Shown one piece after another: positions 40,480 to 49,619 of a DNA stretch of 64,000 nucleotides; the first letter of the stretch is position 1, and the number at the start of each line of letters is the position of its first letter. Made by a program: the position numbers and the translations under genes. The notes under the pieces are model-generated. The model worked only from the letters and a program-made list of their open reading frames with translations. It was not told where the DNA came from and ran no database searches. This DNA is from an uncultured Chryseobacterium sp. (GTDB taxonomy: Bacteria > Bacteroidota > Bacteroidia > UBA10329): assembly GCA_964500205.1 (NCBI GenBank), contig CAZCNS010000012.1, positions 5,626 to 69,625 on the forward strand. The letters are read 5' to 3'.

Positions 40480-40815
40480 GGGATTACATGTCGCGATAAT
40501 GGGACTTAAAATCCCGAAGACGGGACTTAGAGTCCCGATATTGGGACTTCCTGTCCCGGAAATAGGACTCTGTATCCCATTAACGGGACTATATATCCCG
40601 ATGATGGGACTTAAAATCCCGAAAACGGGCCTTTGAGTCCCGTTAATGGGACTTAGAGTCCCGAAGATGGGACTTAGAGTCCCGATATTGGGACTTCCTG
40701 TCCCGAAAATAGGACTCCGTATCCCATTAACGGGACTACATATCCCGATTATGGGACTTAAAATCCCGAAAACGGGCCTTCGTGTCCCGTTAATGGGACT
40801 TAGAATCCCGAAATC
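40480..40815. repeat. Tandem array of 16 x 21-bp dyad-symmetric units (GGGACT-N3-AGTCCC plus a 6-nt spacer) with a 147-bp higher-order repeat
   Basis: Unit starts: 40480 (degenerate), 40501, 40522, 40543, 40565, 40585, 40606, 40627, 40648, 40669, 40690, 40712, 40732, 40753, 40774, 40795. Block 40522-40668 nearly equals block 40669-40815. Confidence 0.9.
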
Positions 40816-40917
40816 CATGCATTGAACTGGTGGCACGGTCAAGTGTTCCGAGGGATTCTTGCAAAGCATTGGCCCCAAACGGATGACCTATAAGGAAGAC
40901 GCACCCAACACTCCCAA

Positions 40918-43734
40918 TCACCTGCTCAGATACAGGTTCCTCTCCGAGTACACCTCTTGGAAGAACTCGTCCTGGAGGTCGTCTATGAAGCGGATGGCCT
41001 CGCCTGTGGATTTCATCTCGGGGCCGAGTTCCTTGCTCAACTCTGGGAATTTTTCGTAGCTGAACACGGGTATCTTGATGGCATAGCCCTTCTTCGTTGG
41101 GTTGAAGTTGAAGTCCTTCACCTTCTTCTCGCGCATCATCACCTTGACGGCATAGTTCACATACGGCTCATCATACGCCTTAGCGATGAAAGGAACGGTG
41201 CGCGATGCACGCGGGTTGGCCTCGATGATATAGACCACCTCGTCCTTGACCGCGAACTGGATGTTGATGAGGCCCACGGTCTTGAGCGCAACCGCGATGG
41301 TCTTGGTGTGCTCCTCTATCTGGCGCATCACGTTGTCGCTGAGGTCGAAGGGTGGGAGCACCGCGTAGGAGTCGCCCGAGTGGATGCCCGCAGGTTCGAT
41401 GTGCTCCATGATGCCGATGATGTAAACGTCCTCGCCATCGCAAATGGAGTCGGACTCGGCCTCAATGGCGTTCTCCAGGAAATGGTCGAGCAGGATGCGG
41501 TTGCCAGGCAGGTCTTTCAGCAGGTTGACCACATGCTCCTCCAGCTCGCGCTCGTTGATCACGATCTTCATGCTCTGCCCGCCAAGCACGTAGCTGGGGC
41601 GCACCAGAAGAGGGAACCCGAGCTCTTTGCTCAGTTTCACGGCAGTGTCTGCATCTTCGGCCACCCCGAATTTAGGGTAGGGGATGCCATGCTCCTGCAG
41701 CAGCTTGGAGAATCGGCCACGGTCTTCTGCGAGGTCGAGGCTCTCGAAGTCGGTGCCGATGATCTTGATGCCGTAGCGTTCCAGCTTCTCGGCCAGTTTG
41801 AGGGCGGTCTGTCCTCCCAGTTGGACGATGACGCCCTCTGGCTTCTCGTGCAGGATGATGTCGTAGATGTGTTCCCAGAACACCGGCTCAAAATAGAGCT
41901 TGTCGGCAGTGTCGAAGTCGGTGCTTACCGTCTCGGGGTTGCAGTTGATCATGATGGTCTCGTAGCCGCACTCCTTCGCGGCCAGCACGCCATGCACGCA
42001 ACTGTAGTCGAACTCGATGCCCTGCCCGATGCGGTTCGGGCCGCTGCCGAGCACCACGATCTTCTTCTTTTCGGAACGGACGCTCTCGTTCTCATCCTCA
42101 AATGTGGAGTAGTAATAAGGTGTCTGAGCGGGGAACTCTGCCGCACAGGTGTCCACCAGCTTATAGACCCGTTGGATGCCCATCTCCTGCCTGCGGTTGA
42201 ACACCTGGCTCTCCAAGCAGTTGAGCAGATGCGCCACCTGGCGGTCGGCATAGCCCTTCTGTTTGGCCTCGTAAAGCAGCTCGCGGGGCAGGGTCTCCAG
42301 TTTGAACTTAGAGATCTCATCTTCCAGCGCGATCAGTTCCTGAATCTGTTCGAGGAACCATTTGTCGATGCGGGTGATGCTCTGGATGGTCTTGAGCGGG
42401 ATGCCCATCTTGAAGGCATCATAGATGTGGAAGATACGGTTCCAGCTGGCATTGCCGAGGCTGTGGAGGATCTGCTGCTGGTCGCGGAGCTCCTTGCCAT
42501 CGGCACCAAGGCCGTTGCGTTTTATCTCCAACGACTGACAAGCCTTCTGCAACGCCTCCTGAAACGTGCGCCCGATGCCCATCACCTCGCCCACGCTCTT
42601 CATCTGCAGGCCCAATCTGCGGTCAGCACCCTTGAACTTGTCGAAGTTCCAGCGCGGTATCTTGACGATAACGTAGTCCAATGTAGGCTCGAAGAAGGCC
42701 GAGGTGGTCTTGGTGATCTGGTTCTCCAGCTCGTCCAGATGGTAGCCGATGGCCAGCTTCGATGCGATCTTGGCGATGGGATAGCCCGTGGCTTTCGATG
42801 CCAGCGCGGACGAGCGGCTTACACGGGGGTTGATCTCGATGGCGATGATGTCCTCCTTCTCATCATCACTTACAGCGAACTGCACGTTGCAGCCGCCCGC
42901 GAAGTTCCCGATGGAGCGCATCATCTTGATGGCCATGTCTCTCATCCGCTGGTAGGTCTTGTCGCTCAGCGTCATGGCCGGGGCCACGGTGATGCTGTCG
43001 CCCGTGTGAATGCCCATCGGGTCGAAATTCTCGATGGAGCAGATGATGACCACATTGTCGTTGGCATCGCGCAGCAGTTCCAGTTCGAACTCCTTCCAGC
43101 CCAGCACGGCTTTATCGATCATCACCTCGTGGATGGGGGAGAGCTGTAGGCCGCGGTTCAGCAGCTTGTCGAACTCCGTAGGATCGTGCACTATGCTGGC
43201 ACCCGCACCACCCAGCGTGTATGATGCTCGGATGCAAAGCGGGAAACCGAACTCCTGCGCCACCTCCTTGCCTTCGAGGAAAGACTTGGCGGTCGTCTGA
43301 GGAGCCATCGCCACGCCTATCTTTAACATCAGCTTGCGGAACTTCTCGCGGTCCTCGGTGATTTCGATGGCCTCTACATCCACTCCGATCATCCGCACTC
43401 CGTATTTCGCCCAGATACCAAGGTCTTTGCACTTGATGGCGAGGTTGAGGGCCGTCTGTCCACCCATGGTCGGAAGCACGCAGTCGATCTTGTGTTTCTC
43501 CAGTATCTTGACGATGCTCTTGGGTTCCAGCGGCAACAGATAGATGTTGTCGGCCGTGACCTTATCGGTCATGATGGTTGCGGGGTTGGGGTTGATGATG
43601 GTGACCTCGATACCTTCCTCGCGCAACGACCTTGCTGCCTGCGAACCTGAATAATCGAACTCGCAGGCCTGACCGATTACGATGGGGCCGCTGCCGATGA
43701 TGAGCACGGACTTGATAGATGGGTCTTTGGGCAT
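40918..43734 (-). CDS. carB: Carbamoyl-phosphate synthase large subunit
   Basis: ATG 43734 (MPKDPSIKSVLIIGSGPIVIGQACEFDYSG). Duplicated ATP-grasp halves, the second starting KKIVVLGSGPNRIGQGIEFDY. The 86-codon extension in the ORF track is rejected. Confidence 0.95.
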   Translation of the reverse strand: MPKDPSIKSVLIIGSGPIVIGQACEFDYSGSQAARSLREEGIEVTIINPNPATIMTDKVTADNIYLLPLEPKSIVKILEKHKIDCVLPTMGGQTALNLAIKCKDLGIWAKYGVRMIGVDVEAIEITEDREKFRKLMLKIGVAMAPQTTAKSFLEGKEVAQEFGFPLCIRASYTLGGAGASIVHDPTEFDKLLNRGLQLSPIHEVMIDKAVLGWKEFELELLRDANDNVVIICSIENFDPMGIHTGDSITVAPAMTLSDKTYQRMRDMAIKMMRSIGNFAGGCNVQFAVSDDEKEDIIAIEINPRVSRSSALASKATGYPIAKIASKLAIGYHLDELENQITKTTSAFFEPTLDYVIVKIPRWNFDKFKGADRRLGLQMKSVGEVMGIGRTFQEALQKACQSLEIKRNGLGADGKELRDQQQILHSLGNASWNRIFHIYDAFKMGIPLKTIQSITRIDKWFLEQIQELIALEDEISKFKLETLPRELLYEAKQKGYADRQVAHLLNCLESQVFNRRQEMGIQRVYKLVDTCAAEFPAQTPYYYSTFEDENESVRSEKKKIVVLGSGPNRIGQGIEFDYSCVHGVLAAKECGYETIMINCNPETVSTDFDTADKLYFEPVFWEHIYDIILHEKPEGVIVQLGGQTALKLAEKLERYGIKIIGTDFESLDLAEDRGRFSKLLQEHGIPYPKFGVAEDADTAVKLSKELGFPLLVRPSYVLGGQSMKIVINERELEEHVVNLLKDLPGNRILLDHFLENAIEAESDSICDGEDVYIIGIMEHIEPAGIHSGDSYAVLPPFDLSDNVMRQIEEHTKTIAVALKTVGLINIQFAVKDEVVYIIEANPRASRTVPFIAKAYDEPYVNYAVKVMMREKKVKDFNFNPTKKGYAIKIPVFSYEKFPELSKELGPEMKSTGEAIRFIDDLQDEFFQEVYSERNLYLSR

Positions 43735-43980
43735 GCTTATTTCTGTTTGATTGCTGTGAATGAATCTGTTACAGGAAAAGGATTGAGGCGACTCAAACCG
43801 CGCCAAGGTAGGTGGTGACCGACAAGTAGTGCCATTTGTCAACTCATACTTTGCTAACAGTTCATTCACAATTATCTGCACATGCAGCCGAAACCGTCTA
43901 CCTCGATGTTCTTTCATGTCATTGCATCTTTGTCGAGGCGGAGAGCTGAGGATTCGTGTCCCTTCGTTTCTCGTGTTTCC

Positions 43981-44442
43981 ATGATGTCTCACCCTTCCCT
44001 AAACCTGCCAATAGATGCGTTCCGAGTAGAACTGCGTGACGGATGCGAGCAGGTGTTTTGCCAGGTTCGCAGAAAGTGGGTCGTTCTCACGCCCGAGGAG
44101 TGGGTGCGTCAGCATGTGGTCGCCTACCTGCATCGATCGCTTGGGTATCCGCTCTCACTGATGCGCCTGGAGAAACGGGTGGACGGAGGTAAGCGCCTTC
44201 AACGTTCGGACGTCACGGCCCATGCAAGTGATGGCCGTCCGCTGCTGCTCGTGGAATGCAAGGCCCCTGATGAACCCATCGACCGGGAGACCTTGTTCCA
44301 AGCATCGCGCTACAACAGGCACATCGGTGCAGGACACATCCTGCTCAGCAATGGAATGGTGCATCAATGCTGTCGAATTGACGGGGGCGAGGTCAACTTT
44401 CTGGATGCTATTCCGTTTTACACAGACCTGATCAACATTTGA
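43981..44442 (+). CDS. Stand-alone HsdR_N-like (type I restriction enzyme R N-terminal, PD-(D/E)xK-like) domain protein
   Basis: ATG 43981. Pattern LTPEEWVRQHVVAYL...YP...EK...R.D......PLLLVECKAP is typical of the HsdR_N family common in Bacteroidota. Confidence 0.65.
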   Translation: MMSHPSLNLPIDAFRVELRDGCEQVFCQVRRKWVVLTPEEWVRQHVVAYLHRSLGYPLSLMRLEKRVDGGKRLQRSDVTAHASDGRPLLLVECKAPDEPIDRETLFQASRYNRHIGAGHILLSNGMVHQCCRIDGGEVNFLDAIPFYTDLINI

Positions 44443-44472
44443 AGTAATTTCATAGCCCCGAAACTGAAAGTC

Positions 44473-46068
44473 ATGAAAGCACTGTCCGCCTGCCTGCTGT
44501 TGCTCCCTTTTCTCACCATGGCTCAGGATGCCGCTGTTCCGGGCATCCTCATCGCCAAGGTCAATGAGTCCTCGAAGTCAGAAATTCTTGCTGAAAGTGC
44601 CGACTGGGGTGCATTCAAAGGTTTGGAGGTATTGTCGGTGAGGCAGATGTTCCCCAATGCAGAGGATCCGAAGGGACGAACGGACCGATTCGGGAATCCA
44701 TTCGTTGATCTTAGCCGCACTTTCCGGTTGCATCTGTCAGAGAATACCGATCTGAACGAGGCCATCCGATTGCTGATGAGCACGGGTCTGTTTGAATGGG
44801 TTGAGCACACCACCCGCTCCGAGACCTTCAGCACCCCCAACGACCCCAATCTCCCATCTCAGAACCACCTGACCCAGATCGATGTGTTTAATGCGTGGAC
44901 TGTCACCACGGGCGATACCAACACTGTCATCGGGGTAACGGACACCAGCTTTGACATCTTTCACCAGGATCTTCAAGGAAATCTTAAGTACAACTACGAT
45001 GATCCCGTCAACGGGGCGGATGATGATGGTGACGGTTTTGTGGACAACTACGCGGGGTGGGATATTGCCGATAACAACAACACACTTTTTGTGGCCAACA
45101 ACTTCCATGGCACTGGCGTACTGGCCGTGTCATCTGCCACCACGGACAATGGTGTTGGCATCGCAGGCGTAGGTTATCATTGCAAGTACTTGCCAGTGAA
45201 GATCGGCAACAGTGCAGGCAGCATCCTTACTGCCGATGGCTATGAGTCGATCACCTACTGTGCTGATCGCGACTGCAAGGTAATCAATTGTTCTTGGGGC
45301 ACCACCACTTTTAGCCAGTTGGGGCAGGATGTGGTCGATTATGCCACCATCAACAAGGACGCTCTGGTGGTGGCCGCGGCTGGTAACCTTGCTGTGGAGG
45401 AGTATCGCTATCCGGCCTCTTTTCACCGTGCGCTCAGTGTCACAGGTGTTCACAACAATGATGTGTTCGACAACGGCTCCAACCCCACCTTCACTTGGGC
45501 AGACAGTGTGGACCTCTGCGCCCAGGGCTTCAATGTGTACAGCACAGCAACAGTAGGCGGCACGCAGGGTGCAGGTCCGGTTTATACCACTACCGGTGGC
45601 ACGAGCTATGCCGCACCTCAGGTGTCCGGTGCTGCCGCGCTCATCCGGTCTCATTTCAGCTGTCTCACTGCCATAGAGACGGCCGCTTTACTTCTTGATT
45701 ATGCCGTTGATATTGAGGGAGTAGGTACCAACTCCAACTACGCAGGCAAGATCGGAAAGCGGCTCGACATCGGGGCGGTGTTCAACATGCCGATGAATCC
45801 GTGCGAGATAACGGGCTTGGACGAGCAGTCTGCCCGCAATGGCCTGTTGCTCTTCCCCAACCCGTCCTCAGATGAGTTCACTGTTCGGACCAATGACTCT
45901 GGCAGATGGACACTGACGATTACAGATATGCAAGGGCGCGCAGTGATGCACAGCAGTTTCGTTGGCGACAGGGAAACCGTTAGCGGGCTGGCTCCCGGCC
46001 TTTACGCGGTGCAGGCCGAGAGTGCCACCAAGCGCTTTACTGCAAGGGTCATCGTGGTCGCGCAGTGA
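44473..46068 (+). CDS. S8 (subtilisin) serine peptidase with a T9SS C-terminal sorting domain
   Basis: Catalytic D (GVTDTSFD), H (HGTGVLAV) and S (GGTSYAAPQVSGAAAL). C-terminal LLLFPNPSSDEFTV...GLYAVQAES tail. Confidence 0.85.
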   Translation: MKALSACLLLLPFLTMAQDAAVPGILIAKVNESSKSEILAESADWGAFKGLEVLSVRQMFPNAEDPKGRTDRFGNPFVDLSRTFRLHLSENTDLNEAIRLLMSTGLFEWVEHTTRSETFSTPNDPNLPSQNHLTQIDVFNAWTVTTGDTNTVIGVTDTSFDIFHQDLQGNLKYNYDDPVNGADDDGDGFVDNYAGWDIADNNNTLFVANNFHGTGVLAVSSATTDNGVGIAGVGYHCKYLPVKIGNSAGSILTADGYESITYCADRDCKVINCSWGTTTFSQLGQDVVDYATINKDALVVAAAGNLAVEEYRYPASFHRALSVTGVHNNDVFDNGSNPTFTWADSVDLCAQGFNVYSTATVGGTQGAGPVYTTTGGTSYAAPQVSGAAALIRSHFSCLTAIETAALLLDYAVDIEGVGTNSNYAGKIGKRLDIGAVFNMPMNPCEITGLDEQSARNGLLLFPNPSSDEFTVRTNDSGRWTLTITDMQGRAVMHSSFVGDRETVSGLAPGLYAVQAESATKRFTARVIVVAQ

Positions 46069-46156
46069 GTTGTATGGACCTCTGGTCGAAGATGAGGGTT
46101 CGCAGGGCGTAAAAAGCTACTTTTGGCCCTGCCCAAACTAACCTTTACTGTACTCA

Positions 46157-47179
46157 ATGACAAAGGAAGCCCAAGGGGGCATGGACTTTAATTCGTCCAA
46201 CCTCCTGCTTTTTGTGGTGCGGTGGCGAAAGCCACTTTCCTTGGTCACCGTGCTTGCCGCGGTGGCCTCGGTCATTTTCTCCGCGCCTGTTTTCGTCCCG
46301 CCCAAGTATCTGAGTACGGTGATCATGTTCCCTACTTCGACCGCATCGGTATCGAAGTCGCTACTTGCGCAGAATCCCCAAGGTAAGCAGGATCTGCTCC
46401 AGTTCGGGGAGGAAGAGCAGGCAGAGCAGCTCCTGCAGATACTCAACTCAGATGAGATCAGGAATCGCATCGTACAGAAGTACGACCTGATGAACCATTA
46501 CAGGATAGACACCAGTGCTCAGTACAAATTCACCCAGCTTTTCAAGGAATACGAGTCGAACATCAAGTTCAAGCGCACGGAGTTCCAGTCGGTACGGGTC
46601 GATGTGCTTGACACAGACCCCTACATCGGTGCGGCCATCGCCAATGACATAGCCGCGTTGGTGGATTCCGTGAAGAACAGGATGCAGCAGGAGCGTGCCT
46701 TCAAGGCGATGCAAATTGCCGAAGTCGAGTATTTCGGCATGAGAGACTATGTTCAGGAACTGGAGGACTCACTCAGCACCCTTCGTTCGATGGGCATCAA
46801 CGACTATGAGTCGATGGCAGAGCGTTTCACAGAGTATTACGCCAAGGCAATCCTTGAAGGCAACCAGCGGGCCATGTCCAAGCTTGAGGAGCAACTGGCC
46901 ACCTTGTCGAAGTATGGGGGTGCCTATGTCTCCATTCGTGACATCCTTGAGCACGAGAAGAAACAGTTGAGCCACCTTCGCGTGAAGTACAAGGAGGCCC
47001 GTGTAGATGCCGAACAGACACTGCCGCACAAGTTCATCGTGAACAATGCGGTTCCGGCCGAGAAAAAATCATATCCGATAAGATGGCTCATTGTTTTGGT
47101 GAGCACCATATCCGCTTTCCTCTTTACACTGCTGGTCATCATCGCAATGGAGAATTTCAGGAACATAGCAAAAAGCTAA
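46157..47179 (+). CDS. Wzz/PCP-like polysaccharide chain-length determinant, paralogue 1
   Basis: N-terminal TM helix plus PPKY motif, a coiled-coil middle, and a C-terminal P-x-x-KKSYPIRW motif plus TM helix. Confidence 0.6.
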   Translation: MTKEAQGGMDFNSSNLLLFVVRWRKPLSLVTVLAAVASVIFSAPVFVPPKYLSTVIMFPTSTASVSKSLLAQNPQGKQDLLQFGEEEQAEQLLQILNSDEIRNRIVQKYDLMNHYRIDTSAQYKFTQLFKEYESNIKFKRTEFQSVRVDVLDTDPYIGAAIANDIAALVDSVKNRMQQERAFKAMQIAEVEYFGMRDYVQELEDSLSTLRSMGINDYESMAERFTEYYAKAILEGNQRAMSKLEEQLATLSKYGGAYVSIRDILEHEKKQLSHLRVKYKEARVDAEQTLPHKFIVNNAVPAEKKSYPIRWLIVLVSTISAFLFTLLVIIAMENFRNIAKS

Positions 47180-47196
47180 GAATTTTATGAGTCATC

Positions 47197-48156
47197 ATGG
47201 CTGAATATGTGAATAACGCATCGCTTTGGAATCTTATCATCAGCAGGTGGCGACAGCTTATCATGTTGGCTGCGGTTGCGACTTTGCTCTCGATTGTGTT
47301 CTCGAGTCCGTTCATAATAGAACCACGCTACCGGTCTAATGCGGTGCTATATCCTGCCAACATCATCCCCATGGGCACTGAGACGCCTACGGAGCAGATG
47401 ATGCAGGTTCTGGAGTCCGATCAGATCAGGGACTCCATCGTGAAGGACTTCGACCTCTTCAACGTCTATCGCATGGACCATGCAGATGACGGTGCCAAAA
47501 GTGCCATGGTGAGGAAGTACAAGTCGCTGGTCAGTGTGCGGAAGACGGAATACGAATCAGTGGTGGTAGAGGTGGAGGACCCCGACCCCGTAAGGGCGCG
47601 CGATATGGTGAATGCCATCATCCATTATTTCAACAGAAAGACCAAGTTGATGCAGAAGGAGAAGTCCATTGAAGTGGTGGAGATCCTGTCTCGCGAGGTG
47701 GTGGAGAAGCGGCATGAGATGGACAGCATGGAGGCAGTGCTTACGACTCTACGAACCGACTATGGCCTGCTGGACTATGGCCTGCAGACCGAGTACGCCA
47801 CTGAGCGGTATCTCGATGTGATCACCACACCTTCGCGAAAATCGTCTGCCAAGGAGATCGAGCCGCTATTGGCAGCGTTGAAGGAGAAGGGGGGTGAATT
47901 CGTGGCCTTGAACGAGCACCTTTGGAGAACCCGTGGCAAGTACAACGACCTGAAGGAGCAGCTGGAACGTGCCCGATTCGATGTTGACAAGCAGCTCACA
48001 TATAGCAATATCATCACTCATCCTGAGGTGGCCGACCGTAAATCATACCCGATTCGGTGGCTCATAGTTTTGGCATCGGTCATAGGCACGCTGCTTATGG
48101 CCGTAGTGGTCATCTCTGTGATTGAGAATATCCGGTCATCAGTTTTCTCAAAGTGA
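47197..48156 (+). CDS. Wzz/PCP-like polysaccharide chain-length determinant, paralogue 2
   Basis: Same architecture (EPRY...; RKSYPIRWLIVLASVIG). Clearly paralogous to 46157-47179. Confidence 0.6.
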   Translation: MAEYVNNASLWNLIISRWRQLIMLAAVATLLSIVFSSPFIIEPRYRSNAVLYPANIIPMGTETPTEQMMQVLESDQIRDSIVKDFDLFNVYRMDHADDGAKSAMVRKYKSLVSVRKTEYESVVVEVEDPDPVRARDMVNAIIHYFNRKTKLMQKEKSIEVVEILSREVVEKRHEMDSMEAVLTTLRTDYGLLDYGLQTEYATERYLDVITTPSRKSSAKEIEPLLAALKEKGGEFVALNEHLWRTRGKYNDLKEQLERARFDVDKQLTYSNIITHPEVADRKSYPIRWLIVLASVIGTLLMAVVVISVIENIRSSVFSK

Positions 48157-49619
48157 CCAATGCATTGACAAACAGCATCTCAGGTATAGGCAAGTGGGCC
48201 TTGGCCGCTGGCGTGGTTTTCGCCCTGCTCAATGCCGTCTTCGTGGCCATGGAGTTCTACTACCTGCCGTTGCTGCCAGTGATGCTGGCCGTGGCAATGT
48301 TAGGACTGTTCGCGTTGGACAAGCTGGTGCTGTTCATCGTCTTTCTCACCCCGCTCTCGGTTAACATCACGGACATCGGTGGGGGTGTAGGCATGACCCT
48401 GCCCACGGACCCGCTGATGTTCGGAGTGATGCTCATCTTTTTCTTGAAGCTCTTTGTTGAGCGGGGTTTCCCGAAGGAGGTTACTTCGCATCCTGTTACG
48501 CTTGCCATCATCATTCACCTGGTTTGGTTGGCCATCACTACTGTGACCAGTGAGATGCCTATGGTATCGCTCAAATTCCTGACGTCAAGAATTTGGTACT
48601 TGGTAACATTCTACTTCGTAACCACGCAGGTCTTCAGGGATTTCAGCAAGGTAAAACTCTTTGCGGGACTGTATATCGCCACTTTTTCTATCATCATCTG
48701 CTACACGATCATCCGCCATGCCATGTGGGATTTTGGTGAGCAGCCCGCGCACTGGGTGATGGAGCCTTTCTTCACGGATCACACGTCCTACGGTGCGGCC
48801 TTGGCTTTCTTTTATCCGCTCATCATCGGACTCACGTTCATGAGTCCTTACAGCCGCAGTTGGAAACTGCTTTTCGCGGGGCTGCTTATTCTCTTCTCCA
48901 TCGCTTTGATACTCAGCTATACACGGGCCGCGTGGATCAGCCTTGCAGGTGCGCTTGGTGTTTTCATCATCATGTGGTTCAGGATAAGGTTCGTCACGGT
49001 TGCCAGCATTGCGGTGGTCGGTCTGAGCGTACTCGCGTTGTCTTGGAGTACGATCATCATGGAACTGGAGAAGAACAGACAGGATTCCTCCGCTGAGTTC
49101 ACGGAACACATACAGTCGGTGACCAACATCAGCACGGATGCCTCCAATCTGGAGCGTTTGAACCGGTGGGGATCCGCCTGGCGCATGTTCAAGGAACGTC
49201 CAGCGGTGGGTTTCGGTCCCGGTACCTACGCTTTTCAGTATGCACCTTTTCAGCTTGCCAGCGATAAGACCATCATAAGTACCAATGCAGGCGATGCGGG
49301 CAATGCTCACAGCGAATATATCGGCCCGTTGAGCGAGCAGGGACTGTTCGGGATGGTGGCTTTTGTGATGATCGTTGTCTGTGTGGTCTATTTTTCGGTG
49401 CGGCTCTATGTGCGCATTGAAAATCGGGAGCATCGGTTATATATGGTCTGTATGTTCCTCGGACTGGTGACGTACATGCTTCACGCTTTCCTCAACAATT
49501 TCCTCGACACGGACAAGATCTCGGCTCCGTTCTGGGGATTCATTGCTGCCATAGTTGCCATAGATGTTTATCACACAAAGGGTGTGACAGGTCAGAAGCA
49601 GATTGAGAAGGTCAGCTGA
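48153..49619 (+). CDS. O-antigen ligase/polymerase (Wzy_C) family membrane protein
   Basis: Polytopic. SYTRAAWISLAGAL and NAHSEYIGPLSEQGLFG match the Wzy_C loop. Its GTG start overlaps the upstream stop. Confidence 0.75.
   Translation: MTNALTNSISGIGKWALAAGVVFALLNAVFVAMEFYYLPLLPVMLAVAMLGLFALDKLVLFIVFLTPLSVNITDIGGGVGMTLPTDPLMFGVMLIFFLKLFVERGFPKEVTSHPVTLAIIIHLVWLAITTVTSEMPMVSLKFLTSRIWYLVTFYFVTTQVFRDFSKVKLFAGLYIATFSIIICYTIIRHAMWDFGEQPAHWVMEPFFTDHTSYGAALAFFYPLIIGLTFMSPYSRSWKLLFAGLLILFSIALILSYTRAAWISLAGALGVFIIMWFRIRFVTVASIAVVGLSVLALSWSTIIMELEKNRQDSSAEFTEHIQSVTNISTDASNLERLNRWGSAWRMFKERPAVGFGPGTYAFQYAPFQLASDKTIISTNAGDAGNAHSEYIGPLSEQGLFGMVAFVMIVVCVVYFSVRLYVRIENREHRLYMVCMFLGLVTYMLHAFLNNFLDTDKISAPFWGFIAAIVAIDVYHTKGVTGQKQIEKVS

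Noticed and set aside
40480-40815. Possible CRISPR array
   Set aside because: The units are contiguous 21-mers without unique spacers. The repeats are too short and no cas genes are present.
40384-40878. 164-aa minus-strand ORF with a heptad repeat (G-x-x-S-P-I/V-x) running through the 21-bp array into the carB relic
   Set aside because: A 21-bp repeat is 7 codons, so any frame without a stop in one unit stays open through the whole array. The other five frames are closed. There is no convincing start context, and the C-terminus is just the frameshifted carB relic. It is kept as an alternative hypothesis under the array finding.
40957-43149. 730-aa ORF antisense to carB, and 30383..31432 / 32540..33205 antisense to pyc
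   Set aside because: These are shadow ORFs opposite highly conserved genes. Their translations are low-complexity (L/V/A/H/D/G-rich) with no recognisable domain.
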